A DNA stretch of 27,762 nt from assembly GCA_037917685.1 (NCBI GenBank), contig JAVCBU010000010.1, forward strand, positions 1-27,762, written 5' to 3'. Each line of letters starts with the position of its first letter. Positions within the stretch are counted from its first letter, which is position 1. Of this stretch, positions 8,464 to 17,548 are shown piece by piece. The notes beneath the pieces were generated by a model, which saw only the letters and a program-made list of their open reading frames with translations, made no database searches and was not told the DNA's origin. The position numbers and the translations under genes are program-made. Origin of the DNA: Thermoproteota archaeon (GTDB lineage: Archaea > Korarchaeota > Korarchaeia > Korarchaeales > JAOZGB01).

Positions 8464-9168
8464 ATGGCTGGGTTTTCTAATGGTAGGCTGAAGAGGATAG
8501 TTGACAGGTATATGAGCAGGGTGAGGGGGCTCCGGGATTATTGTGATAGATGTCTTAGGACGGAGCGTTGGGGTGGAAGCGTCGTGTTAATGGTTGTAGA
8601 CGCTGCTTTCACCTCTATAGGCTTAAACTATTTTACAGCTGTTGTTCCAAAGGTTATGGAGTTTAACAGAAGGTTTGTAGAGACTGGGAGGATTACCTCA
8701 CTTAGGGATCTCGCTGAGGCGGATGTTGCTGCTCTCACCCAGGTGTGGAGGAACAGGCGTTCATGGGATGCTGCAAGGGGTGTGGCATCCATTCTTTCAT
8801 CGATCTCCACCAGTGACAGGGAGGCTTTAAGGGGATGGGCTCAGAGGGCATGCCTGGAGGAATGGAGGAGCGACCCAGTTGGCGGGGTGAGGGGTGTGGG
8901 AGTAGTGACGTTTCAGTATTTAAGGATGATGGGCGGTGTAGATACTGTTATGCCTGATAAGATTGTGAAGAGGGTTATAAACGGAATTCTGTCGGAAGCT
9001 GGCTTCAGCCCGGTACACGATGATATAGAATTCGTCCGGAGGGCTGAACAGCTTGCCCTATCCTGCGGGTATAGGCCAATAGAGCTATGCTGGATGACAT
9101 GGCTTGTACAGCGGGAAGGGAGACTTGTAAGGATGGAGAAGTATGCAGATATCCTTTCAAAGATTTGA
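8464..9168 (+). CDS. Uncharacterised HhH-GPD-superfamily (DNA glycosylase-like) protein
   Basis: HhH motif VRGVGVVTFQYLRMMGG followed by DTVMPDKIVKR with the conserved Asp. Confidence 0.65.
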   Translation: MAGFSNGRLKRIVDRYMSRVRGLRDYCDRCLRTERWGGSVVLMVVDAAFTSIGLNYFTAVVPKVMEFNRRFVETGRITSLRDLAEADVAALTQVWRNRRSWDAARGVASILSSISTSDREALRGWAQRACLEEWRSDPVGGVRGVGVVTFQYLRMMGGVDTVMPDKIVKRVINGILSEAGFSPVHDDIEFVRRAEQLALSCGYRPIELCWMTWLVQREGRLVRMEKYADILSKI

Positions 9169-9311
9169 TAACACCGTCAGGTGGCGATCCTAAGGGTTGT
9201 CTAGCCATAGTATTATGAGGAAACAGGATAAGTGATGCGCACGCTTTCTACGGGGTTTTATGGAGGCTGAAACTCTTAGACCTCATGGTGTCGTGTTGTT
9301 TTGGAGTTATG

Positions 9312-9387
9312 CGGGCCCGGCGGGATTCGAACCCGCGACATCCGGCTCCGGAGGCCGGCGCTCTAATCCTTGCTGAGCTACGGGCCC
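9312..9387 (-). tRNA. tRNA-Arg(CCG), intronless, full CCA not encoded
   Basis: The reverse complement folds into a cloverleaf: acceptor GGGCCCG/CGGGCCC, anticodon arm CCGGC-CTCCGGA-GCCGG, T-arm GGTTCGAATCC. A TTTAAA box lies about 25 nt upstream. Confidence 0.97.
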
Positions 9388-9425
9388 TACCTTATATGGC
9401 CTGGCTGTGTTTAAAGGTTTAGTGT

Positions 9426-11441
9426 TCAGGCTTTCGGGGCTGGTAGATAGAGTTTCTGGAGGTGTTTTTTAAGCTGTGAGACGTTGGCTGTTTCGATGTA
9501 GTCACCTGGGTTCTTTCCCTTCGGCGATGTCTTTACTGTCTGGAGTTTTAGGGCTGTTTTCCCTATGATTGTTAGTATTTTGTGCTGGCCAATTATGCCC
9601 TGGAGGAGGGGTATGTCATCGGGTACTGGGATTGAGCCTCCGAAGTCTTTTCGGAACCAGTGGCCCACAGTGTGCCTGTAGCTTTTGGGAAGCATGTCTA
9701 TGATTTTCTGGATTGTTAGTCCCTTCCTCCTCCTGAGAAGGTTTAGGTACTGGGCTACTATTGGCTGCTCAATCTTATACAGCCTGGTTCTTGTAAAGTA
9801 TTCCCCTATTATTGTCTTCCTAGCCCCGGGCGACGCACCCCAGTTTAGCCGCTCCAGCTGTTTAAACTTGCTCCTCTTCTCCCTCCTATTTCCCGGGGGT
9901 TCCCTCTTTCCCACGTTTTCGCTTGGGGTGTATTTTATTGTTTTTAGCTTTGCTGACATAATAGCTGCCGGCTTGGGTTCTTCAATTGCTGGTGCTGTGT
10001 TTAGACTTATCCATAGGGCTGTGTTGCACCTTGGACACCTATTTTTTCCTGAGGGGTCGTAGGGGCTTTCTAGGGTTGTGTTGCACCTTGGACACCTATA
10101 TTTTAGTCCTTCCATCACTACTGTCTCCCTTTGAGGGTGTAATACTGGTTCTATTGTTATGTTGTCTTCCCATTTTACTGCTACTATCATCGGGAAGCCG
10201 TCCCGGTATCTTTCTAAGACGCCTGTTATACTGCCTCTCCTCTTCTTTTTGCCTAGGCTGTCCCTCACCGGGGTACCTGTGAAGTCTGTGTTCATCCAGT
10301 CTCTCTCTTCTATTGTTTTCGGCTTTACTCTTACCTGGTCGAGGTTGAACCTGTAAGCTACTGTGGTTATGTCCCTGGCTAGCATGAATACTGGGTACCA
10401 TGATCTGCCGTTGGAGGCTACTATCATGTTTCTGAGGACGTAGCCTTGGTGTATGACTGCATGTGCATAGTATAGGGATTCTATATCCCATTCTACTACT
10501 CCGTAGAAGTAGAGGGCGTCTCTCCTATGGTACTTTTTAAAGCTGGGTGTGGCCATGCCCTTCAGCGCTCTCAGGAATGTTTCATGGTTTTCGGCTATGT
10601 AGACCTCCCCATACCGGCATGTCTCAACTATTAAGGGTTCAACATCCGGGATTCTCCTCTCTCTGACAGGCTTCCAGTGATAGGGGGTGTCCTCAACCTT
10701 TACTACCTTTTTGACGCCTGCTCTCCTCCTTATAATTTTGACATATTCTTCCTCCTTCTCTATCATTATTGAGTAGGCTTTAACAGGGAGGGGGCTCCTT
10801 CTAAGCCTCCTAACCACGTATGCTACTGTTCCTGTGCCGGCGAAGGGGTCCAGGACAGTGTCCCCGTCTTCAAGCTTGAACCTCCCAAGTAGTTCTTCCA
10901 CGAGTCTCTCCGGGAAGACAGCCGTATGCCTCCAAGGGGTTTGCTGTAGGCGAACTTTTACGACAGTTCTGGATCTCTGGTAGCGGTTTCCAGGCGCCTT
11001 TGATAGTACGAGAATCGGCTCGTAGGTGCTGGTGAACCTGTCCCTGACTGGTGAGGGCATGTGGTTGGGCTTATACCATATTATAACGTCTTCAAGCCGC
11101 CAGCCCTGCCTAGTCATATGGTATGCAAGCCTGTAGGGTATTTGGAGGAGGTGAGACTTCCCGTACCTTGGCAGATACTTATCTCCAACGTTTAGGAAGA
11201 GGACACCATCCTCTCTAAGCTTACGCCTCAACATGTTAAACACTTGCAGAAGCCGGCCTATATACTCTTCAGGAGTGTTTTCCCATCCTATCTGCCCCTG
11301 GAAGCCGTAGTCCCTCTGCCTCCAGTAGGGCGGCGAGGTAATCACCAGAGACACTGAAGAGTCCTCAAGCTGGGACAGGCAGGCATAGGTGTCTCCATGT
11401 AGTACTATGTCCTCCACTCTCCAGCCACCGTGCCTTAGCAT
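9426..11441 (-). CDS. Beta-class N4-cytosine/N6-adenine DNA methyltransferase with long C-terminal extension (degenerate MTase-like repeat, Zn ribbon, HTH)
   Basis: Catalytic TSPPY precedes the SAM-binding VLDPFAGTGT; also IIWYKPN and HTAVFPERL. CPRC occurs twice, and an HTH-like segment reads LRRRKGLTIQKI..TVGHWF. Confidence 0.88.
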   Translation of the reverse strand: MLRHGGWRVEDIVLHGDTYACLSQLEDSSVSLVITSPPYWRQRDYGFQGQIGWENTPEEYIGRLLQVFNMLRRKLREDGVLFLNVGDKYLPRYGKSHLLQIPYRLAYHMTRQGWRLEDVIIWYKPNHMPSPVRDRFTSTYEPILVLSKAPGNRYQRSRTVVKVRLQQTPWRHTAVFPERLVEELLGRFKLEDGDTVLDPFAGTGTVAYVVRRLRRSPLPVKAYSIMIEKEEEYVKIIRRRAGVKKVVKVEDTPYHWKPVRERRIPDVEPLIVETCRYGEVYIAENHETFLRALKGMATPSFKKYHRRDALYFYGVVEWDIESLYYAHAVIHQGYVLRNMIVASNGRSWYPVFMLARDITTVAYRFNLDQVRVKPKTIEERDWMNTDFTGTPVRDSLGKKKRRGSITGVLERYRDGFPMIVAVKWEDNITIEPVLHPQRETVVMEGLKYRCPRCNTTLESPYDPSGKNRCPRCNTALWISLNTAPAIEEPKPAAIMSAKLKTIKYTPSENVGKREPPGNRREKRSKFKQLERLNWGASPGARKTIIGEYFTRTRLYKIEQPIVAQYLNLLRRRKGLTIQKIIDMLPKSYRHTVGHWFRKDFGGSIPVPDDIPLLQGIIGQHKILTIIGKTALKLQTVKTSPKGKNPGDYIETANVSQLKKHLQKLYLPAPKA

Positions 11442-11572
11442 GACCTGTTTAAAATGTCAAAGGCAGGAAACGATTTAAAACTATGCTGGGAAGGGTTGTG
11501 TTCCCCTCTGGAGACTTCGGGCTTAAATGCTTACAGCGTTTCCTAGGATACCATGATTATATTTCCATGTGT

Positions 11573-11692
11573 TTCCCAGAGTTGCTTAAGCTTCCATCGC
11601 TATGGACACATTCATACTTCGTTGTAACTATCGGTAATGTTTCGAAAGAGACAATTGAGAAGTATCCCGACTTTAGTCGTGGAGAGTGTCAA
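11573..11692 (+). mobile_element. tnpA: IS200/IS605-family remnant: tnpA C-terminal fragment fused to a right end
   Basis: FPELLKLPSLWTHSYFVVTIGNVSKETIEKY matches the Y1 transposase C-terminus. It is immediately followed by the hairpin CCCGACT-TT-AGTCGTGG and GAGTGTCAA, resembling the right end ending in TCAA. Confidence 0.8.
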
Positions 11693-11720
11693 TTTCAAAT
11701 CTCGGGTGGGATACACAGGA

Positions 11721-12590
11721 TTAGGCCTGTTCCTCGGCTGCAACCTTCCGCCCTGTCTTCCTACGTTTCAGTAGGATGTATGCGGGTGCTGCTATGATGG
11801 CGAGCGGTATTAGGGCGAATGCTAGAATTATAAGGCTTGTTGCCACCTTAACTAATGCGCTTAGAGATTTTGCTAGGACCTTTCTCCAGTCTACCTCTGG
11901 CATTACTGGGATTGGCCTTGTGGGCTTCTCCTCTTCAAGGCTTACCGTGATGGTTGCCATTTCAACGTGGTGTTCAAGGTATCTAAGCCTGCCCTCCAGG
12001 GATTCTATCTCGGATCTTATCCTTGAAAGCTCCTTTTCCACCTGTAGTATCTCCTCTACAGTCTCAGCTTGGCCTAGGATCTCGAGGTACCGTTGCTCGG
12101 TGGCCTTTAAACTGTTAAGCCTCGCCTCTAGATCTGTGTACTCCATAGTTACATCGTACCCGTTAATCTCCTCGTTTCTCAGGGTTCCTAGCGTTTTACA
12201 CCACTCTATGAACTGGTAGAACTGGTCAACAGGAACCCTGACCGTTATAACACCAGTCTTATAGTTTGCGACACTGCTGCTCATGGACTCGAGATATCCA
12301 CCCATTGATTCAGCCTTCGACTTAATTGAAGCCATCGTCTCGTCAACACTATCAACTGTAAGGCTGAGATAGGCGGAGTAGATGACTTTACGCTCCTCAA
12401 CCCCGGCAAATTCCCCACCAGCCCCAGCAGACTCGCTGGGGAGCATGCTCTTCTCAACAGCCGGAGAGGGGCCGGGCATGTAGGGCGGGTACATCCTCCA
12501 CAGGGCTGTTCGGCTTCCAAGGACGTAGCCTGCTATTAGGAGCACGGCGCCGGCTATAACCCATACCAGGATTCTCTTATCTTTCAACAT
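11721..12590 (-). CDS. DUF4349-domain membrane protein
   Basis: ERKVIYSAYLSLTV, ITVRVP, DVTMEYTDLEARL and a coiled coil; TM helices at both ends. Confidence 0.85.
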   Translation of the reverse strand: MLKDKRILVWVIAGAVLLIAGYVLGSRTALWRMYPPYMPGPSPAVEKSMLPSESAGAGGEFAGVEERKVIYSAYLSLTVDSVDETMASIKSKAESMGGYLESMSSSVANYKTGVITVRVPVDQFYQFIEWCKTLGTLRNEEINGYDVTMEYTDLEARLNSLKATEQRYLEILGQAETVEEILQVEKELSRIRSEIESLEGRLRYLEHHVEMATITVSLEEEKPTRPIPVMPEVDWRKVLAKSLSALVKVATSLIILAFALIPLAIIAAPAYILLKRRKTGRKVAAEEQA

Positions 12591-12752
12591 ATAATAGCCC
12601 AGGTGCTGGCAACCATTTAAAATATTCCCAACGGTTCAGCGCTTGTTAAACCTTAAAGGTCTAGGACCTAAACATGTTGTCTCTAAGCCTCTATCACCTG
12701 TGCTGTTTCATCGTTGAATAATGCTTGAGACAAGGCAGACGGGGATGGGGCT

Positions 12753-13234
12753 ATGGAATTTGAGCTTGCTGGCTACATCTACGCGGACGAGTACCTTAAG
12801 AATTACAGTGGAGACGTTGAAGAGAAGTTCTACGCCTTTCTGGACGACTTCAGAGAGGAGACCGGCGTAGATCTAATAGTAACCTTTGAGAATACGCATG
12901 GTGCAAATGGGCATCCAAACCACATGGTTGTCTCCAACTGGTTAACCAAGTATGCGAGGGAACATGGAATAAAACTTTACTATGTGATCAACAGGGACCC
13001 GGTTCTTAACAGGGCTGAGCCTGGGCATCCTATTGACCCACTACCCTACACGGATGTGCTGGATCTAGACACGCACTACGTGGTGAGGAAAGGGGTGAAC
13101 ACGTCCCTGTGGGAGCTGAAGCTTGGGGTAATGGAGATTTATAGCTCCTCCCAGCCAGGCTGCTACTACTTTATGACTACCCAGATGAGCTGGCGAAAAT
13201 CATCCACAAGGAATGGTATAGAAGGGTAAACTAG
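12753..13234 (+). pseudogene. PIG-L/LmbE-family deacetylase remnant
   Basis: HGANGHPNH resembles the HPDH motif, and KLGVMEIYSSSQ resembles K..A...Y.SQ. The N-terminal HPDD motif is missing. After an apparent frameshift near 13155 another frame reads LLLYDYPDELAKIIHKEWYRRVN*. Confidence 0.6.
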
Positions 13235-13253
13235 ATGGAAGCTTTAAACATGA

Positions 13254-13472
13254 CTATTTACCTGTAGCTGCGAGATACACCACTTTCAAAGCCTTCTGGG
13301 GGCAACTCCTCATGCAATCTCCGCAGCCGTGGCAAGATGCAAGATCGACAGGGTAGGGCTCGTCGTCAATCATTTCAAGTACACCCATAGCGCAAGCCTT
13401 TACGCAAACACCGCACCCCTTGCACTTCTCATATTCAATCACAACCCTGTACAGGTTAGAGCCTGGGAGCAA
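13254..13472 (-). CDS. 2x[4Fe-4S] ferredoxin
   Basis: CKGCGVCVKAC and CHGCGDCMRSCP. Confidence 0.92.
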   Translation of the reverse strand: MLPGSNLYRVVIEYEKCKGCGVCVKACAMGVLEMIDDEPYPVDLASCHGCGDCMRSCPQKALKVVYLAATGK

Positions 13473-13763
13473 ATCCGGTCAACAACTATTTAGGCTGGTG
13501 AATGTTTTAAATCCATACAGCCTTTCCCATTGAAATATTAGCAAAATTCTATTTGTATAGTGCCAGGCTGCCCGCTAGTCAACGAGTTCAATATCAATGG
13601 GACATGCAAATAGCAGCGGCCTCAAATATACCCTTCTTCTGAGCCCGTCGTCTATGTCGTCCTTCATATTCGCCGCTACTTTATAGGTTGGACTATTACC
13701 TGGCATCCTATCAGGGTTCAAGTTTACTGATTTGTAAATGATTTTAAGAGTCATGCGTATACC

Positions 13764-14897
13764 ATGCGTGGGGGTAGGATGGGATATAGCCTGCTTAGAC
13801 TGACAGCCTTCGTCGAGTTTGAGGGCTTAGACCTTAGTAGCGGGTTCTACACTGTTGAAGCTGACGGGGAGCTGTTGAGGATTAAGGGCTTGCTTGAGCT
13901 GCCGCTCTACGAGGTTTGGTATGTCCAGTTTACCGGCGGCACCGTGGTTTTCAAGCTTGATAAGGGGATAATAAGGTTGACGAGGACTGGTACAGCCTAC
14001 TATGCGTTGGAGAGCCAGCTTTACAAGTGGTGGAGGGAAAAGGTTGGAGAGGTTATGCTGGCTAGAGGCTCGAAGATCTATGAATCTAAATGCTTCATTA
14101 AGGCGGAGACCCCGCTTGGCAGTGGTTCAGGTAGAGGCTTTGTAGCGCTGTATGAGGACTGCATTATAGCATATCTCCCGGGGGCGGTTTACAAGGGGCC
14201 CCTTGCACTACTCGAAAAGGTTAGCCGCGGCAATGCCGAACTAGAGATTGAGGGAGAAGACTACACGTTTAACATTTCCAAGTTAGGCTTCGCCATAGAA
14301 ACCCTGGAGAAAAAGGTTTCAGACACTCATGGCAGGCTCGTGGAGGAGACATATAGTCTTCTAAGACAGTATCTTCCTTCAGCGGGTTCCGTGGAGATTT
14401 CAAGGCTTTCCAGGCGTATGGCCGGCGGCAGGCCTGTCAGCATGGATCAGCTTGAAAGGGCTGGTTTGTGGCGGGAGCTTTACAGGAGGATGATTGAAGC
14501 CCCCCTGTACAAGACTGTTGATTACATTCTTTCGGAAGCCTCCGAAGTTTACATAAGTGTGTGGAGGGACCCTGTGAGCGTATATTTAACAGTTCTAGCA
14601 AGGCTTGAAGGCGGGACGGTGCTGGAGCCTGCGTCGGAGAAGGGTCATGCAACCTACATTTTCTCTTCCGGGGTGGAGCCCGGGGTGCTTGGGAGGGCGT
14701 TGGTATATACAGGCCTTCGTAGGGAGCCTATCTTCATGGAGAAGGATGATATGCTCAAGCCTGAAAACCTCCGGTACCACTATGCAGTTAGAAGGCTTCC
14801 ATACCTCAGGCTACTAAGGAAGAATTATAAAGGGAGAGTGGTGCATACGGGTTTTGAAAACTGGCGTAGCAAAGTAGAGAAGCTGCTGAAAGCTTAG
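13764..14897 (+). CDS. Hypothetical protein, possibly with PH-like beta domains
   Basis: 377-aa ORF with a TATA-like element upstream; no motif of known function recognised. Confidence 0.6.
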   Translation: MRGGRMGYSLLRLTAFVEFEGLDLSSGFYTVEADGELLRIKGLLELPLYEVWYVQFTGGTVVFKLDKGIIRLTRTGTAYYALESQLYKWWREKVGEVMLARGSKIYESKCFIKAETPLGSGSGRGFVALYEDCIIAYLPGAVYKGPLALLEKVSRGNAELEIEGEDYTFNISKLGFAIETLEKKVSDTHGRLVEETYSLLRQYLPSAGSVEISRLSRRMAGGRPVSMDQLERAGLWRELYRRMIEAPLYKTVDYILSEASEVYISVWRDPVSVYLTVLARLEGGTVLEPASEKGHATYIFSSGVEPGVLGRALVYTGLRREPIFMEKDDMLKPENLRYHYAVRRLPYLRLLRKNYKGRVVHTGFENWRSKVEKLLKA

Positions 14898-14937
14898 AAC
14901 CAGTATGTGGCTCTGCTATATTGTGCTATGAGTTTGT

Positions 14938-15957
14938 TTAGATGAGTGGTTTCGGCTCATCCTTACTTCTCACCGGTAAACTTTCGACTTTCTGGAGGTA
15001 GGCGGTGAAATCTCCCATTTCAATCTTTATTCCCCCTATATTTTTGGTGGAACGGGTTACAAGGTACTTTCCTCCTCTGATATGGCTTTTGAACTCTTTG
15101 GAGGCGTAGCTCGACAGGAAGTCTAGGCCTTTGCGTGTGAGGATGAACACGGGTATTTTAACTCCAATCTGTAGCTTTGCCGCTCTTCCCACCGCTTCCC
15201 TGACGTGGAGGGAGGCGCATCCCCATGCTAGGTCGCTGTATCTTGCTATTTCCTCAGCCCTCTCCCGGTCTACGCCGGTTGTGCAGACTGTTAGGATTGT
15301 AACAGAGGCGTCTAGTTTCTCCTCCAGCCTTCTAACGTCTTCTAGTCTCTCGCCGGCGAAGCCGTTGATGGTTACTGCTATTCGCCTGTAGCCTAGTTCG
15401 ACAGCCTTCTTCAAGCCCTCGATCTGATTTATCTCCGCTGTGTCCGGAAACACTACGTGGCCTCCAGCCTTCTCAGCCTCCTCCATAACCTTCCGGATTG
15501 GGGAGGTGTAGAACAGGCCTGTCATCCTGGCCCCTATTCCCTGTACCAGATACGGGTTTCCAGTGACGACTGTCCCCACACCATCGCAGACTGCGACTGC
15601 AGCATCTACACTGCCTCTTTTCAAAGCGTACATCATCATCTCAGATGCACCGAACGGCACTGCAACATCCCTCCTACAGATCTCCCTCCTTATAGTGAAA
15701 TGGCCGAACTGGCTTATCTTCTGCATAACACCTTTAACTACAAGTTTCTCCGCGCATGGACTCTCCTCTTCATCATGCATGTATAGATACCTGCGAAGCG
15801 GGCAGTAGGCCAGTCTAGGCGGTGTAACCTTTACCACCCTGCCGTTCGAAACCGCTACCAGTGCACAGCACATCCTTGTTACATGTAAATCTCCTGGTAA
15901 ACAACCCATATCCTCTTCAATCTCCCTCAAAAATTCTTCTATATCAGACCTTGCCAT
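14938..15957 (-). CDS. DUF2099 / methanogenesis marker 8-like protein
   Basis: YCPL, FGASEMM, DAAVAVCDGVGTVV, VQGIGARMTGL..TSPI, TAEINQIEG, VCTTG and GCAS. Confidence 0.85.
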   Translation of the reverse strand: MARSDIEEFLREIEEDMGCLPGDLHVTRMCCALVAVSNGRVVKVTPPRLAYCPLRRYLYMHDEEESPCAEKLVVKGVMQKISQFGHFTIRREICRRDVAVPFGASEMMMYALKRGSVDAAVAVCDGVGTVVTGNPYLVQGIGARMTGLFYTSPIRKVMEEAEKAGGHVVFPDTAEINQIEGLKKAVELGYRRIAVTINGFAGERLEDVRRLEEKLDASVTILTVCTTGVDRERAEEIARYSDLAWGCASLHVREAVGRAAKLQIGVKIPVFILTRKGLDFLSSYASKEFKSHIRGGKYLVTRSTKNIGGIKIEMGDFTAYLQKVESLPVRSKDEPKPLI

Positions 15958-16190
15958 TCCTTCACCAAAACTGGTATTGTTCTGTGTCTAACACCTTCCA
16001 CCTACTTTTAGATTTAAACCTCTCAGCCCATGTTAAGACTTAAGTATGGGCGATCCAAAGCATAATTTGCTCTCAGCCCGCAATAGATATTCACGCCCAG
16101 TCATGTTCCCAGGCGTCCGCGTTACCGTAGTATTTAAAATTACGCTAGGGCTCTGCCGGGTTGTACATCCTAGGTTTGGGGTGGAAATGT

Positions 16191-16472
16191 ATGCCTAGAG
16201 CTGGCAGTATTATGGTGTCCTACTGTGGTGTGGTGTGTGAATACTGTCCAGCATACCGAAAGGGACTCTGCCCTGGCTGCGACCAGCACGCTGACGAATG
16301 TGAATATATCAAGTGCGCCCTTGATAGAAACGTTGAGAACTGCCTTCTATGCGACGAGTTTCCATGCAAACTTCACGAGGAAGGATTTGACTGGACTACG
16401 GAGGAGTATGGAAAGCTCAAATGGAAAGTCTACAGCGACGTATTCCTCAGAATCATGAAGGGGACATCATAG
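16191..16472 (+). CDS. DUF3795-family Cys-rich small protein
   Basis: YCGVVCEYCPAY..CPGC..CEYIKCA..NCLLCDEFPC; start at 16191 or 16212. Confidence 0.8.
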   Translation: MPRAGSIMVSYCGVVCEYCPAYRKGLCPGCDQHADECEYIKCALDRNVENCLLCDEFPCKLHEEGFDWTTEEYGKLKWKVYSDVFLRIMKGTS

Positions 16473-16724
16473 CATTTTCCCAGTTTCATAGCCACGAGAC
16501 GCCTAACTTTAGCATTTAGACGTAAGAGCTCCCCTTATGTTTAGACTCGGGGGTTAACCTCTTAAAATTTTAAGATATACTTATTATAAGGCTTCTTGAA
16601 CCCATCTAAAAATTCTAGGGGGACTCAGTGATTGTTTCAACAGTATTTAGAAGATATTAAATCCTCTAAGCCTTCGGATTTGTATTTTAGGGTGATTTAA
16701 TATTTTAAGGTTCAATCCTTAATC

Positions 16725-17465
16725 ATGGGAAACGCGGAAATGCCGGGTGGCGGGGTTGAAACAGTGCAGGCGCACATCGTAAGAAGGCTGCTCGAAGTCT
16801 TCCCTGAAACATACTCAGAGGAGCTTGGCATCACCCTGGACGAGGGGTCTTCGGATGAGGTTTTCAAATGGTTTCTCGCCTCCATCCTTTTTGGGAAGCC
16901 TATAAGGGAAGCTCAGGCGATAAAAACATACCGCTGTTTCCTAAGCAACGGCGTGGTAACACCTCTGGCTATCCTAAAGGCTGGCTGGGAGAGGCTTGTA
17001 GAAATACTGGATGAAGGAGGATATACAAGGTACGATTTCTCAACAGCCGATAAACTCCTAGAAGTGTCGGGGAACCTCCAGAGGAAATACCGCGGAGATA
17101 TAAACCTTCTAAGAAGGCTGTCAAGGAGCGAGGCTGAACTCACAGAGAGGCTGAAAAGCCTAGGCAAGGGAATAGGAGACGTAACAGTCCAGATATTTCT
17201 CAGAGAGCTGCGGCACATCTGGAATGTTAACCCTCCACTCTCGAGGTTCACAGTTCTAGCAGCTTTAAACCTCGGCCTGATAGGCCAAGACAGGCGTGAG
17301 AAACCACTGGAAAGTCTAAGGAAGCTATGGGAAAGATTCGGCGTGGAGAATAAGAGGTTCGTGCATTTTGAAACATCCCTTCTAAGGCTTGGGAAAAACT
17401 ACTGTCGGAAAAAGAAATGCACGTGGTGCATGTTTAAAGGCGTATGCCAAAAACCCGTCAAATAG
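16725..17465 (+). CDS. HhH-GPD/endonuclease III-like protein with C-terminal Cys cluster
   Basis: FKWFLASILFG, LDEGGYTRYD, HhH motif LGKGIGDVTVQIFLREL, and CRKKKCTWCMFKGVC. Confidence 0.75.
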   Translation: MGNAEMPGGGVETVQAHIVRRLLEVFPETYSEELGITLDEGSSDEVFKWFLASILFGKPIREAQAIKTYRCFLSNGVVTPLAILKAGWERLVEILDEGGYTRYDFSTADKLLEVSGNLQRKYRGDINLLRRLSRSEAELTERLKSLGKGIGDVTVQIFLRELRHIWNVNPPLSRFTVLAALNLGLIGQDRREKPLESLRKLWERFGVENKRFVHFETSLLRLGKNYCRKKKCTWCMFKGVCQKPVK

Positions 17466-17548
17466 TATAAAGCAGTCTGTCTCACCTGGGGTTCAGATGG
17501 CCCCGCCAGCTATTCCTTATGTTTAATTAAGGCGATACGGTTTCTTTG

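Noticed and set aside
11483-11797. 104-aa ORF as an intact gene
   Set aside because: Only the middle ~31 aa are TnpA-like, with no HUH motif; the rest is chance read-through overlapping DUF4349.
16500-16720. Replication origin (AT-rich with G-strings)
   Set aside because: No ORB consensus (TCCA..GGAAAC) recognised and no cdc6/orc1 gene adjacent.
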